Part shown: in pieces, positions 37,541-49,039 of the stretch | Layout: every line of letters begins with the position of its first letter | Numbering within the stretch: the first letter of the stretch is position 1 | Assembly (NCBI RefSeq): GCF_016432865.1 | Contig: NC_067400.1 | Coordinates: 209,870,001-209,934,000 of the forward strand | DNA: 64,000 nt | From: Antechinus flavipes | Lineage: Eukaryota | Direction of reading: 5' to 3' | Translations under genes and position numbers: made by a program | The notes under the pieces: model-generated | Database searches by the model: none | Seen by the model: the letters and a program-made list of their open reading frames with translations, nothing else | What the model was told of the DNA's origin: nothing

Positions 37541-38179
37541 AAAGAATAATTGTGTTTGTGACTTGGAACCTAACTCATAATATGTACTTAACAAATATTA
37601 GTTTCATGAAATTAATTTTTGGGGGTTTTATTATTAGTGAATCAGATTCTCCATTTGCCTGAACTACTTACAAGTTGTTTATTCAGGTAAAGTTAGAGCA
37701 AATTCATTTATTTATTGAATTAGCAATATTTATTAAGCATCCATTATGTACAGAAAGTTGTGCTTGGTGTTAGGTTAGATACAAAATTTAGGTAAGACAC
37801 TATTCTTGCCTGATTGGAGTTTTTAGTGCAGTAAATTCAGTTGTAAAAGTTAAAAGGTTAAAACCAAAGAAGTTAAGCTATGAAAATCTGGTTAATTAAT
37901 ATAATTAGATTTGCTAAATCCCAAAGATATTTATATATATATTTAATATATTCAAAACTTATCTTTAAAAAAAATAAAATTACAAATAAAACATTTTTGT
38001 ACAATTTAAGAAATTAGAGTTAGGATCACTGACTTCTGCCATGGCATAGTAATTCCATGAATTGCTTTCCACAGATACCAGCAAGAACAAAGTAAGAATA
38101 TCAAAAGGACCGTGATCAGTGGGAAGCATAAGCAGGAAATAAAATTAATCCCAACTCTGGAAAAATGCAACCAATACAT

Positions 38180-38700
38180 CTGGGAGAAATCATTTCAAGT
38201 ATGATTCAATAGGCAGATGAAACATGAAAAGCAATGTTGCTGAAAGAGATGGAGCTGATAGTGGCTCAGATATGAGCTTGAAATGTGATACCGCAGTCCT
38301 AAAGGCCAATGCAATTTAGAATTCTGCAAGGAAAAGGATTCTTTAATAGAGGGAGGCAACAGTAAGATCTCACCTGGAATACAGCTCCTTAGGACTGGAA
38401 AGCAGAAAACAAATTGGAAAAAGTACAGAGAAGCAGAAGATAACCATATAGTGAGGTTAAGTTGTGATGAAAGATTCTAAGATCAAAATATGTTTATAGT
38501 ATGGCCAAGCCATTAGCAAGAGCTGAGGGATATGATAACAATCAACAGACAGTTGGAGGGTCTAAATACCAAGGGTAAAGAAGAATTTTGGCCAGAGATC
38601 TAATTAGGCATCAGGGGAAAAATTTAGGAAGGAAAAGTTTAGCCTTAGTATAAGAAAACATTTTTGATAGTGGGACAGATGAGATTGTGGGATAATATTC
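38180..38700 (+). mobile_element. CR1/L3 LINE 3' region, decayed
   Basis: TGTGATACCGCAGTCCTAAAGGCCAATGCAATTTAG...CACCTGGAATACAG...AAGTTTAGCCTTAGTATAAGAAAAC, typical of CR1/L3. Confidence 0.7.
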
Positions 38701-39044
38701 CAAAAGAATTGAAAGGAACATCAGTATAATATCCTGTTAAAATTTGGTGCCTGCTAAAGTATTCTAGAATATACTATAAAGGATATTCTTGTGACTCTAT
38801 AGGATGGAATACATAATTAATTTTTAAAAATTCTGGTTATGTATGTATATACTTATCTAAATGAAGTTAAATTTAAATGAGGTTTAAAAATAAGGCATTT
38901 TTGCACAATTAAAGAACCCAGATTGATTAACCATGGCACAGCAATACTACAAATTGCTTATCCCAGGTACCAAGAGTAACAGGTTTTTTAATTGTGAAAA
39001 TATGTATCATTTTTAATTCTCATTTTTTAGAAAAGGTGATTCTT

Positions 39045-39640
39045 TTTAGATAATTGTATTTTATTTTTTACCCAATCACATATCAAGACAATTTTTAGAA
39101 TTCATTTTTATAAGATTTGGAGTTTCAAATTTTTCTCCCTCCCTTCTCTCCCTTTTCCTAAAAATGAAAGGCAACTTTATAAGATTATATATATGCAGTC
39201 ATGTGAAACATATTTCCATATTAGTCACAGTTGTGGAAAAAAAGATAAAAAGAAAAAAACCCAAAAAAACAAAAAGTGAAAAAAAGTACACTTCATTCTA
39301 TATTCAGACTCCTTCAGTTCTTTATCACAATGCTATTTTGTGAATAGCATTTTCCTTAGTGAGTTTTGTACCTGCCTTGTTTCATTGTGTTGCTTGAGAA
39401 GAACTGAGTCATTCATAATTGACTATCAGTGTGTTCCTGATATGTATGTACAATGTTTTCCTGGTTCTGCTCATTTTACTTTGCATCAGTTTGTACAAAT
39501 CTTTCCAGGTTTTTCTGAAATCTGCCTGTTCATCATTTCTTATTGTCCCATAGTATTCTATTACATTCCTATACCACAACTTGTTCAATCATTCCCCAAC
39601 TGAAGGATGTTTCATAAGTTTTCAATATTTTGCCATCACA
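39045..39640 (-). mobile_element. L1 3' UTR fragment
   Basis: Antisense L1 3' end through CTTGTTCAATCATTCCCCAACTGAAGG. Confidence 0.8.
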
Positions 39641-39827
39641 AAAGGGCTGATATTTTTTTAAAGAGAAGATGGGGGAGGGAAGGAGGAAGAAATAAATAGA
39701 AAGCAAGTTTTATCCTTGAAAAGTAACAATCTACAAAAGTAACAATGAAAAAAATATACCTGATTTGTTTATGAAAATAAATTTTTCTGTAATGTGTAAT
39801 GACACAGAAACTTAGTGGATATCCATC

Positions 39828-40204
39828 TGTAGAGGACTGAAACTCTGAATAGGTATACATGAAAATGAGAATTCAGATCACTTAAGGCTAATTATCTATT
39901 GGCTTTATTAGCATATATTTGGATCACAGCTCTCCTCACCTTTGGTGTTTGCTTAATGTTTGATAGTAAGATAATCATAGGTAAGGCTTGAAGGGCAGAG
40001 TGAGAGAAGGAAGAGTCACTTGGCTGCAGAACTAGGAGGAGAGAGGCTGGAGATTCCAGACTCTAGAATCCAGGAGACATATTTGGCAAGCCTCGTGGCA
40101 GCTTGCCTGCCTCCTTTACTTTGTCCCCTAAAGACCAAGGACTTTGATTTATCCTGACTCTGGCTTACCCTGATGTCCTCCAGGGAGCTAGTCTGTACTC
40201 TACA
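39828..40204 (+). mobile_element. Solo ERV LTR (377 bp), inserted in an L1
   Basis: Termini TGTAGAG...CTCTACA (7-bp inverted repeat, TG...CA); 6-bp TSD TCCATC / TCCTTC; host L1 (GGATATCCATC|...AGTTGGGGAATGG) resumes after it. Orientation is inferred. Confidence 0.75.
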
Positions 40205-40210
40205 TCCTTC

Positions 40211-40760
40211 AGGTGGAGTTGGGGAATGGCTGAATAAACTTTGGTATATGAATGTTATGGAATATTATTGTACTATAAAAAGAATCAGCAGGATGATTTC
40301 AGAAAGGCCTGGAGAGACTTACATGAACTGATGCTAAGTGAAGTAAGTAGAACCAAGAGAACATTGTATACATCAACATGATTATGTGATGATCAACTGT
40401 GATGGATTTTGCTTTTTTCAACAATGGGGTGACTCAGGCCAATTCTTGTAATAGAGACTTGTAATGGAGAGAGCCATTTGCATTTAGAAGAGTTATGAGG
40501 ACAAAATGTAAATTACAATATAGTATTTTCATCATTTTTGTTGTTTGCTTGCTTTTCTTCTTTCTCATTTTTTTCTTTTTTTATCTGAGAATGATAAATG
40601 TGGAAATATGTTTAGAAGAATAGCACATATTTAACCTATATCGAATTACTTGCTCTAAGGGAGAGAATTACTTGCTTATGGGTGAAAGGGAAGAAGAAAA
40701 ATTTGGAACACAAGGTTTTGCAAAAGTGCATATTGTAAACTTTCTTTGCATATTTTATTT
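40211..40760 (+). mobile_element. L1 3' end (host of the solo LTR)
   Basis: GGGGAATGGCTGAATAAAC...GAGACTTACATGAACTGATGC...GGAACACAAGGTTTTGCAAAAG. Confidence 0.85.
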
Positions 40761-40764
40761 ATTT

Positions 40765-41850
40765 ATTTATTTTTAATACATGTTGCTTTATGAATCATTG
40801 AGATGCCTTGGGTCACTGAATCACGGAGAAGAACCAAGTTTTTCATAGTTGATCATTACACATTCTTTTTTCCCCTTAATTTTAAAATAATAGCTTTTTA
40901 TTTTCAAAATACATGCAAAGATAGTTTTCAACATTCACCCTGCAAAACACGTGTTCCAAGTTTTTCTTCCTCCCTCTCTCCCATCCTCCTCCCCTAGACA
41001 GCAAGAAATCTAATACATGCTAAATAGGTGCATTTCTTTCCCCCTTATTTCTTTTATTTAGTTAGTTTTAATACACTTTGCTTTATGAATCATGTTGGGA
41101 GAGAAAAACAAGAGGAAAAAGGAAAAACCATGGGAGAGAGAAAAAAACAGAATTAAGAAATGAATATAGCATGTGTTGATTTATATTCAGTCTCCTTAGT
41201 TCTTTTTCTGGATGCAGTTGGCATTTGCTATCCAAAGTCTATTGGAATTGCTTTCTTTGATATTCTTGACTTTTTGTTCTTCAGATAAATTTTGTTATTA
41301 TTTTTTCTAGTTCTATAAAATAATTTTTTGGCAGTTTGATTGACATGGCTCTGAACAAGTAGACCAATTTAGGCAGAATTGTCATTTTTATTATATTAGC
41401 GCAGTCTACCCAAGAGCAACTGATATTTTTCCAACTGTTTAGATCTGACTTTATTTGTATGAGAAGTGTTTTATAATTGTGTTCATACAGTTTCTGACAT
41501 TGTCTTGGCAGGTAGATTCTCAAATATTTTATTTTGTTGGCAATTATTTTAAATGGAATTTTTCTTTGTATCTCTTCCTGCTGGGTTTTGTCAGTAATAC
41601 ATAGAAATGCTGATGATTTGTGTGGATTTATTTTATGTCCTACAACTTTGCTAAAGCTTCTAATTGTTCCAAATAGATTTTTGGATGATTATCTAGAATT
41701 CTCTAAATATATCATTATATCATCTGCAAAGAATGATAGTTTTATTTCTTTATTATCGATCCTAATTCCTCTAATTTCTTTTTCTGTTTTTAATGTTAAA
41801 GTCAACATTTCTAGTACAATGTTGAATAATAGTGGCCATAATGGGCATTT
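40765..41850 (-). mobile_element. Rearranged cluster of antisense L1 pieces (3' UTR segments joined to RT core)
   Basis: ORFs 41281-41523 and 41689-41925 translate L1 RT (LFNIVLE...[14 protein letters not shown]; WKNISCSW...MTILPKL); the 3' UTR is fused to mid-ORF2 at about 41250. Confidence 0.88.
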
Positions 41851-42378
41851 TCTTTGCATGTATTTTGAAAATAAAAAGCTATTATAAAAAATATTTCTAA
41901 ATGCATTTATTTTGTTAAATTTCAAGTTTTCATTAGTTTATTGAATCAATTTAGCAAAACCATTTGAAAATAATGATGGTCAAGTAAAAGTCTATATATT
42001 TATATCACTTCACAATTTACAAAGCGTTTCATCTACATTATCTCATTTTATCAAATGATTATTTTTAGCAGCTAGCACAAGTATTATTATTTATACTTCA
42101 TACATAAATATGTAACAGGGCTTTGGAGCAAGTCTAGTTCACCTAAGATGGAGGCACATATGTGATTGATGCTAGGGAGCTTATTCTGTGAAATAAGTGG
42201 ACATTTTTCATTGGCCCATTACCAGATTGGGAACATCCTCTTTTCACTGATTGCAAAGCAAAAACTAGCTTCATCTTTGACATTTAAGATATTTTCTCAC
42301 TTTCTGGTAATGGCTTGGAGTGAAGGATGCATTCAAATATATTCTGAACATCAAGTAGTAATCTGGGGAAGGAAAGGC

Positions 42379-42429
42379 CTGAGGACCATCTTCCCCTCTG
42401 CTGAGGACCATCTTCCCCTCTGCTGAGGA
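42379..42429. repeat. Perfect 22-bp tandem duplication
   Basis: CTGAGGACCATCTTCCCCTCTG twice, plus CTGAGGA. Confidence 0.95.
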
Positions 42430-42859
42430 TCCATGAGAAGGGGCTTTAGAGAGTCTAAGAAAAAGTCCTAGTGCTTTTTAGTCCCATTTTGTTTCTCCTT
42501 TTCAGTTCCAGGTACTAGGAGTGTAATACTCAACTTGAGAGCTTCACAAATGGGAACTTGGACTCCAGAATTCCTGGCCAGATGTTGCAACCAGCCTCAT
42601 AGGGAAGTCAGGCTCCTAGGGTACAAGCCCAGGGGGTGTTTGGATGTGGAACTTTATGAAGCTAATGCTTTATGAGAACTAAGATAAACTAGTTTAGAGA
42701 ACCTAATCTCTCTCCCTTCCCCAGATACTGAAGTGGTATAAAGGGGATTATGTCCTTGAATGAGCTTTATTTAGTGGTTATTTTTTAAAAGTTAAATATA
42801 ATTTCAAATTTGTAGCAACTCATCTATCTCTAGAAGTAACTGATATGATTTTGGTTCTT

Positions 42860-43115
42860 GTCAGTTGTTGTGTAGCCATTTCCAGTTTTGTCTGGCTCTT
42901 TGTCTGGCTTGAATCCATTTGGGGTTTTCTTAGCAAAGATACTGAGGTGGTTTGCCATTTCCTTCTACAGTTTATTTTACAGATGAGGAAACTGAGGCAA
43001 ACAGGGTTAAGCGATTTCCTCATGGTCAAATGGCCAATAAATGTATGAGGTTATATTTGAATTCAGGAAGACAAGTCTTCCTGATATAGCAGGTCTAACA
43101 CTATCCACTGAACCT
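42860..43115 (-). mobile_element. Mar1-like SINE
   Basis: CCATTTGGGGTTTTCTTAGCAAAGATACTG...ACAGATGAGGAAACTGAGGC...TATCCACTGAACCTCCAGTAGCCCC. Confidence 0.85.
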
Positions 43116-43934
43116 CCAGTAGCCCCCTGGTTCTTGTACAAAGTGTCAATAGAAACTTCTAATGCTCATTAATTCTCTAACAGCCATAACCAAGGATGTG
43201 TAGTTACAGGTAACATGAAAGCTATAAATATTTAGTACCACTAATGTGTACATAAGTACATAAAATTGCATGGAATTAGTAGAATTAATCATACACTGCA
43301 TGTGGTCAACCTCACTTAGAAAGTAACTGGTTAGAAAAAAAAAAAAAGAAGTGTTATTTTGTTAACCATTTAACCAAAATGCATATAACCAATGAGCCAT
43401 GACAAATACCATGCACTGATATTCAAATCATAGGGGCAATAGGTGTTTTTATTGTTGGCAACATATTTTAAGGCATTGTTACTAAAGAAAGGGCAGGTGA
43501 AAACAAAGATTTTTCACTTCTAATGTGGCCTCTGAGAAAAGGAAGGAAATGTATTAACGGTTCCCTAAATGTAATTTGGTATTCACATCAGGAAACAAAG
43601 GGAGAAATTATAAATATTAAACTTCTGCTTCTAACACTAAATTGTCAGTACTTTCAATGAATGTTTTTAAGGCATTTCAGTGTATGTAATGAAGAAAGGT
43701 GAGTGTAAATAAGAGGGATGGGAAATCCTATCTTGAAATAAAAGTGTCTTTCCTTAGCACATATAGTGAATAATAGTGAATAAAGTCATAGACCTAAATA
43801 TAAGAGGTCATCTAATCTACTCCCTTGTGGCTGTCAAAATGGAAACTACTTTGAACATCTTAAAGTGCCATAGAAATGTTATTAATTTTTATTATGTAAA
43901 TCATACATGTTAGCTCTGTGGTTCCTACATATTC

Positions 43935-44260
43935 AGAACGGCCAGGTGTAATGGAAAGAGTGCTGAACTTAGAATCATATGAGACCTGAGTTCCAATAAT
44001 AGCTCTGATCCTTACTAGCTGTGTTACTTTGGGCATGTTGATTTACTTTCACACTTACTTACCACAAGCAATCCAGGAATATCTGGCCAGCTTAAAATCC
44101 TGCACCTAACAAGTCCTAGCTTTGTGACCTTGAACAAATCACTCAATTCTTAGTGTCCCCCGCAATTCTTTAAGATCATAAGTTGAAAAGAAGGTATCAA
44201 TATGCATTGGCTAATGAGGTTGATCAAAGTACCCTAAACAGATGTTATCATGTTATGTTA
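43935..44260 (+). mobile_element. MIR fragment followed by a marsupial CORE-SINE fragment
   Basis: GAAAGAGTGCTGAACTTAGAATC...TTACTAGCTGTG; then CTAGCTTTGTGACCTTGAACAAATCAC...AAGTTGAAAAGAAGG. Confidence 0.6.
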
Positions 44261-45027
44261 AAAAATAAGAATATAGAGTTATTGGTTGGATTAAGTGAGA
44301 TAATATAAATAAAGGACTCTTTAAAGATATTCCTATTGAAAAGGCTTTTTGTAATTTTCAGTGTTTTTTTTTAAGTGAATTAAAACTTTGTAACATTTCT
44401 TGAGATGTATTAATTCATATTTGGGATGGGCATAAAACAAGGGACAAAAAAATACCATAAAATCAGGATTGGGGGTCACTAAATTTTTTACTCCTTTTTC
44501 TAAATTCATGAAAAGTTAACAAGTCGAGATAGGAACTGGACCCATGGAATATAAAAATAAGAAACCTATGGAAAAATGAAAGCATTTTTACATTTGCATA
44601 TTATCCTTCTATACCTCCAAACATGGAAAAAACCCAGTTCAGTTCAAACACAGTTCAGTAAATATCCTACTTATTTTAAACATCCTTTCTGTCTCCCATA
44701 CCAAACAGCAAGAAAAAAATGTAATGGCTTTTAGATATCTAATAAAATACTTAAAATCATTGAAATAAAATCACCTGAAGCAAATCAAATACTTTCTTCC
44801 TATTCAGAGTTAAGTATTTAACAAAGTCTGTTTTTCCTCTTTCCCAGTTTTAGAATTTGGGTTTTTGTGATTAGATAGAAGTTCTTTCTACTCTTCTAAA
44901 ACAGTTTCAAAAATAATTTGTGACTTAAAACTATTTCTTATATAGATTATTAAAATGAATGAACCCTAGCCCCAACTTGAATATTTGAGGGTACAAGAAA
45001 TTAACCTTTCTTATAAAATAAAGAGGA

Positions 45028-45180
45028 GGGGACAGCTAGATGGTGCAGTGGATAGAGCACCAGCTCTGAAATCAGGAGCATCTGAGTTCAAATCTGGCCT
45101 CAGACACTTAACACTAACTAGCTGTGTGACCCCGGGCAAATCATTTAACCCCAGTTGCCTCAGCAAAAGGAAAAAAAAAA
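45028..45180 (+). mobile_element. WSINE1-like SINE, full length with A tail
   Basis: GGGACAGCTAGATGGTGCAGTGGATAGAGCACCAG...GAGTTCAAATC...AACCCCAGTTGCCTCAGCAAAAGGAAAAAAAAAA. Confidence 0.88.
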
Positions 45181-45789
45181 CCTTACAGAGATAGGTTATA
45201 ATAGGTAAGATGATTTCATATTGTATATTTATGCTCAGAACTCCAGCCTCTAAGGGAGATGGGGAGCCCAACGGTAAAAGATCATGGTTGATGAGCAAAG
45301 CTACAACTAGGAATTTTTACACAGGTGAGAATCAAAAAGACCACCCTCAATGGAGGATGGTGTTCATAGAAAAAGAAACCTCGGAATACCTATAGTCACT
45401 ATTACAGATAAGAAAATTTATAGCCAAAGAGATTAAATAATTTGCCCAAAGTAAGGCAGTTAGTAAGGATCAGAGTAGAATTTGATTCCAGATCTCCTAG
45501 CTCCAAGTCTCTAATTCTTTTCATATGTGCAATTTCCAATGATGGAACCCATTGTGCTCCTACATGTGCTTTAATAATAACAACAGTAAGTTAAAGTTCT
45601 TTAATGTTTTCAGAATGGATTCCTGTCTTGCCAGAGAATTTGATCCTTGCAAGGGTAGAAAGTAGGATAGGGTGAGGAGGAAATAACTCTTTTACTATTT
45701 GGCAGCTCCTTATTTTGACTATCTTTGCAAATTATATGCAAAATTTTTTTTTGTTTGTTTCTGATGAAGGATGATAAGGGTTCTCAGGA

Positions 45790-46030
45790 CCCTTTAATCT
45801 CTGCGGCTGTAGTTAATAAGAATGTGGGACAAATTCAGGAAGACTTAACATTCTAATCTTACTTTAGATATACTTAATAGTGATGTGACTAGGCAAATCT
45901 TTTCATCTATTTCAGCCTTAGTTTTCTCATCTGCAAAATGGGAATAATAATAGTAACTGTTTCATAGAATTGTTGTAAGGATTAAATTAAACAGTAAAGT
46001 TTAATTTATAAAAATTAGCTATTATTATTT
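45790..46030 (+). mobile_element. MIR
   Basis: CAGCCTTAGTTTTCTCATCTGCAAAATGGGAATAATAATAG...GTTGTAAGGATTAAAT. Confidence 0.7.
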
Positions 46031-46279
46031 CAGATCTCAGAAGACAAGTCTTAAGTTATTTAATTCAAAATCAAATTTACAAATAATATACCATGAAGTA
46101 ATTTGCCTAGACATAGATAGATTGGATGGAATTTTTTTGGGCTTTAATTGTTGGAATTCCTCTGAGACATTTTATTTTCTTAGCCATATTACTTAGTATC
46201 ATTTAGATAATAGAGTAATTTCCTTTAGCCACTAGATAAAAGTTAGGGATTTTAGAGGAGTTGCCAGCATTGGAGTCTC

Positions 46280-46415
46280 ATTAGATTATGAACTCCTTGA
46301 GTGTAGGGAATGTTCTTTACAGTTTTTTGTATACCCAGTGCTTAACGCAATGCTTGACATATGTGTCATATGTGTCATATAGTAGGCTCTTAATAAATTT
46401 TTACTGACTGAAGCA
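46280..46415 (+). mobile_element. L2 3' end
   Basis: GAACTCCTTGAG...CCCAGTGCTTAAC...TAGTAGGCTCTTAATAAA...TGACTGA. Confidence 0.75.
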
Positions 46416-46961
46416 CTATTTGAGTCAGCAGTGTGACATGATACTCTTAAGTTAGTAGCATTAGACACTGAAGGAGAGTGACCTGATCAGACCTGCTTGT
46501 TGGCAGATTATTATTTAGTTTGGAGATCTATTAGATAGTTCCTAAGATTTCAGAGAACTCTTAGCCACTTGCATTTAAAAATGTCTGACAAATCATTTAG
46601 ATATTTGGGGATCATCTTGTTTTGAGCCTTTTCCAGGCTCAAAACCCTTTTGGGAAGTAGCATGTCATAATGGAAAGTGTCAGCACAGTACTCTATACAG
46701 AACAGGCATTTAATAAATGCTTCTTGAAGATGCTGTGTGGCTTGATGAGTATAGTGCTGCCCATGAAAGTGAGAAAGATCTGGTTTGAATTCTGTATGTG
46801 AGTCTTATTGTTTTTGTATGATTAGGCAACAAATTCTTCAACAATTCAATAAAATGTTACCTAGCACCTGCCATGTGCATATTTTGAACATGTATTAGGG
46901 CTTTGGATTCTGAGATGAGAAAATGTCATAAATCATGTTCACTGGACTTTATAATTTAGAA

Positions 46962-47116
46962 CAGGGGTGTCCAACTCAATAGAAATAGGGAATATAAGGA
47001 TCCTTTTGGGCTACATATTGACTTAGTTTTTAAATATTCTTTTTAAAAAACTATTTCCCCAATACATAGAGTTATATCATGGAATGTTTCCAGAGTCCAG
47101 TATTTTGACACCTCTG
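46962..47116 (+). mobile_element. hAT-type MITE (155 bp)
   Basis: Imperfect TIRs CAGGGGTGTCCAA / TTTGACACCTCTG; 8-bp TSD ATTTAGAA / ATCTGGAA. Confidence 0.75.
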
Positions 47117-47464
47117 ATCTGGAAGGATGACACAAGTACAATGCAATTTAGAATGAGATTAAGTGTAGAGGGTAGTTGAAATAGAGATGGGGAATTAGTG
47201 AGGGAGAGGGAATTAATTTCTTTCAGAGTATATTGGAAGATTTCATAGAAGAGATAGTTAAATCGCTAAGGAAGAGGATTTTATCAGAAAGTGTGGAAAG
47301 AGTCTTTTCAGTGCCTAAAATACTAAAATTGTGTCTTTCCTGAGGTCACAAAAACCAATATATGACAGATACAACTCAAACTCAGTTTGTCTTACTTCCA
47401 AGGCTAATTCTTTCATCCATTACTTCATGGTGGATCTAATTCTTTATGCACTTTGCTGTTCTGC

Positions 47465-48560
47465 TCTTTGTGTGTGTTGTGAATATTCTAACTGTTGTAT
47501 TTTTATCCCAGTACTTAGCACAGGGCCTAGCACATTGTAGGTGTTTAAAAAGTGTTTTCAAATTGATTGATTGATCAGAAAAAATTCACAGACATGGAGA
47601 AGCTGGCAGGAGGAGATGGGAAACTGTTGGTAGTTCAATTTGCCTAGCCAATAGAGTGCCAGACTCTGGAGATTTTATTTTATCTTGTAGACCACAGGAA
47701 GCCACTGGAGATTTTTGATGAGCAGAATGACCTGATAAGACTAGTGCATAGGGAAGATTACTCTGGCATGTCTCTGAAGGAGAAGAATGAATGGGGTGAG
47801 GGAAGTGAAGGAAGAGACAGACAGACACAGAACAAACAAGAGTCACAGAGACAGAAATGGAGAGGGAGAGAGTCATAGACAGAGNNNNNNNNNNNNNNNN
47901 NNNNNNNNNNNNNNNNNNNNNNNNNNNNNNNNNNNNNNNNNNNNNNNNNNNNNNNNNNNNNNNNNNNNNNNNNNNNNNNNNNNNNNNNNNNNNNNNNNNN
48001 NNNNNNNNNNNNNNNNNNNNNNNNNNNNNNNNNNNNNNNNNNNNNNNNNNNNNNNNNNNNNNNNNNNNNNNNNNNNNNNNNNNNNNNNNNNNNNNNNNNN
48101 NNNNNNNNNNNNNNNNNNNNNNNNNNNNNNNNNNNNNNNAACAGAAGATGCAGATAGAAAAAAATTTATTTCAATCTCAATGAGGGAGGTCACTGGGAAT
48201 AGGATTGGGATGGGGGTGGGGGAAGCAACAAATTCTAAAAGAATTGACAGAACTTCGCCACTGATTGGATATGCAAAGTGAATTAGAGAGGATATGTGAG
48301 TTTTGAGGTTGTGAGACCCGAGAAATGTGGGTGCCATGAACAGAAGCGGAAAAATTAGGAAGAGAGCATGTTTGCAGGAAAGGCGATGGGTAGAGGTTTG
48401 GCCAAGTTCTTTTGAAGAAAACATGATGCTAAGAAAATGGAATTGTAGCTCAATAGAGAGGTATGGAGCAAGATTTGGTCATCAAATCTTTATAGGTGAT
48501 TACTGAAGCCACGAGTGAGTGAAATAGCCAGGGAATTCAGAGGGAAGAGACAGCGTCTAA
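47465..48560. mobile_element. L2 fragments (3' end on + at 47465-47575; antisense L2 at 47590-48560) spanning a (GA)-type repeat and an N gap (47885-48139)
   Basis: CCCAGTACTTAGCACAGGGCCTAGCACATTGTAGG; antisense L2 GGAAGCCACTGGAG...ATAGGTGATTACTGAAGCC. Confidence 0.65.
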
Positions 48561-49039
48561 GACTTAATCCTTACCGCGTTAAGCTCACACTTCAAAATGA
48601 GGATAATAAAACCACCATACAGGACTATCGTGATTAACACAGTAGTCCGCATTTAAGTAAGCACTTAATAAAAACTAATTCTTCTCTCTCACCCCCTTTA
48701 AAAACCAACAATTATCTGATAGATTAATTTTAAGGGAGAGAAATTAACTCCCAGAGTATACACCTGACACAAAAAGGTAATGTGGGAAACAACCCCCACT
48801 AATAATCTGACAGTTCTCTTCCCTCCCAAACTTTCCCCTTTCTGGGTTGGAGAAAGGAAACAGAGAAAGAAAGGTATGTGCTTTCCTTATCTTTCACAGA
48901 TGTGTGGGGTTATCAGGTTGTGCCCTCCCCCTCCCCCATTTATCTTGCTCTTTGCTCCCTGATCATCTGGCCCACCTTTTGCTTCCTTCTATTTTCCTCC
49001 AGGCTGACTTTCTGGCTTCCTACCCATTCCCAGCCCCCC

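Noticed and set aside
47787-48424. Long ORFs spanning the gap
   Set aside because: Length is an artefact of the N run.
1-49000. MSL3 or another upstream neighbour gene
   Set aside because: No recognisable coding exon on either strand; ORFs here are repeat-derived, low-complexity or short AT-rich noise.
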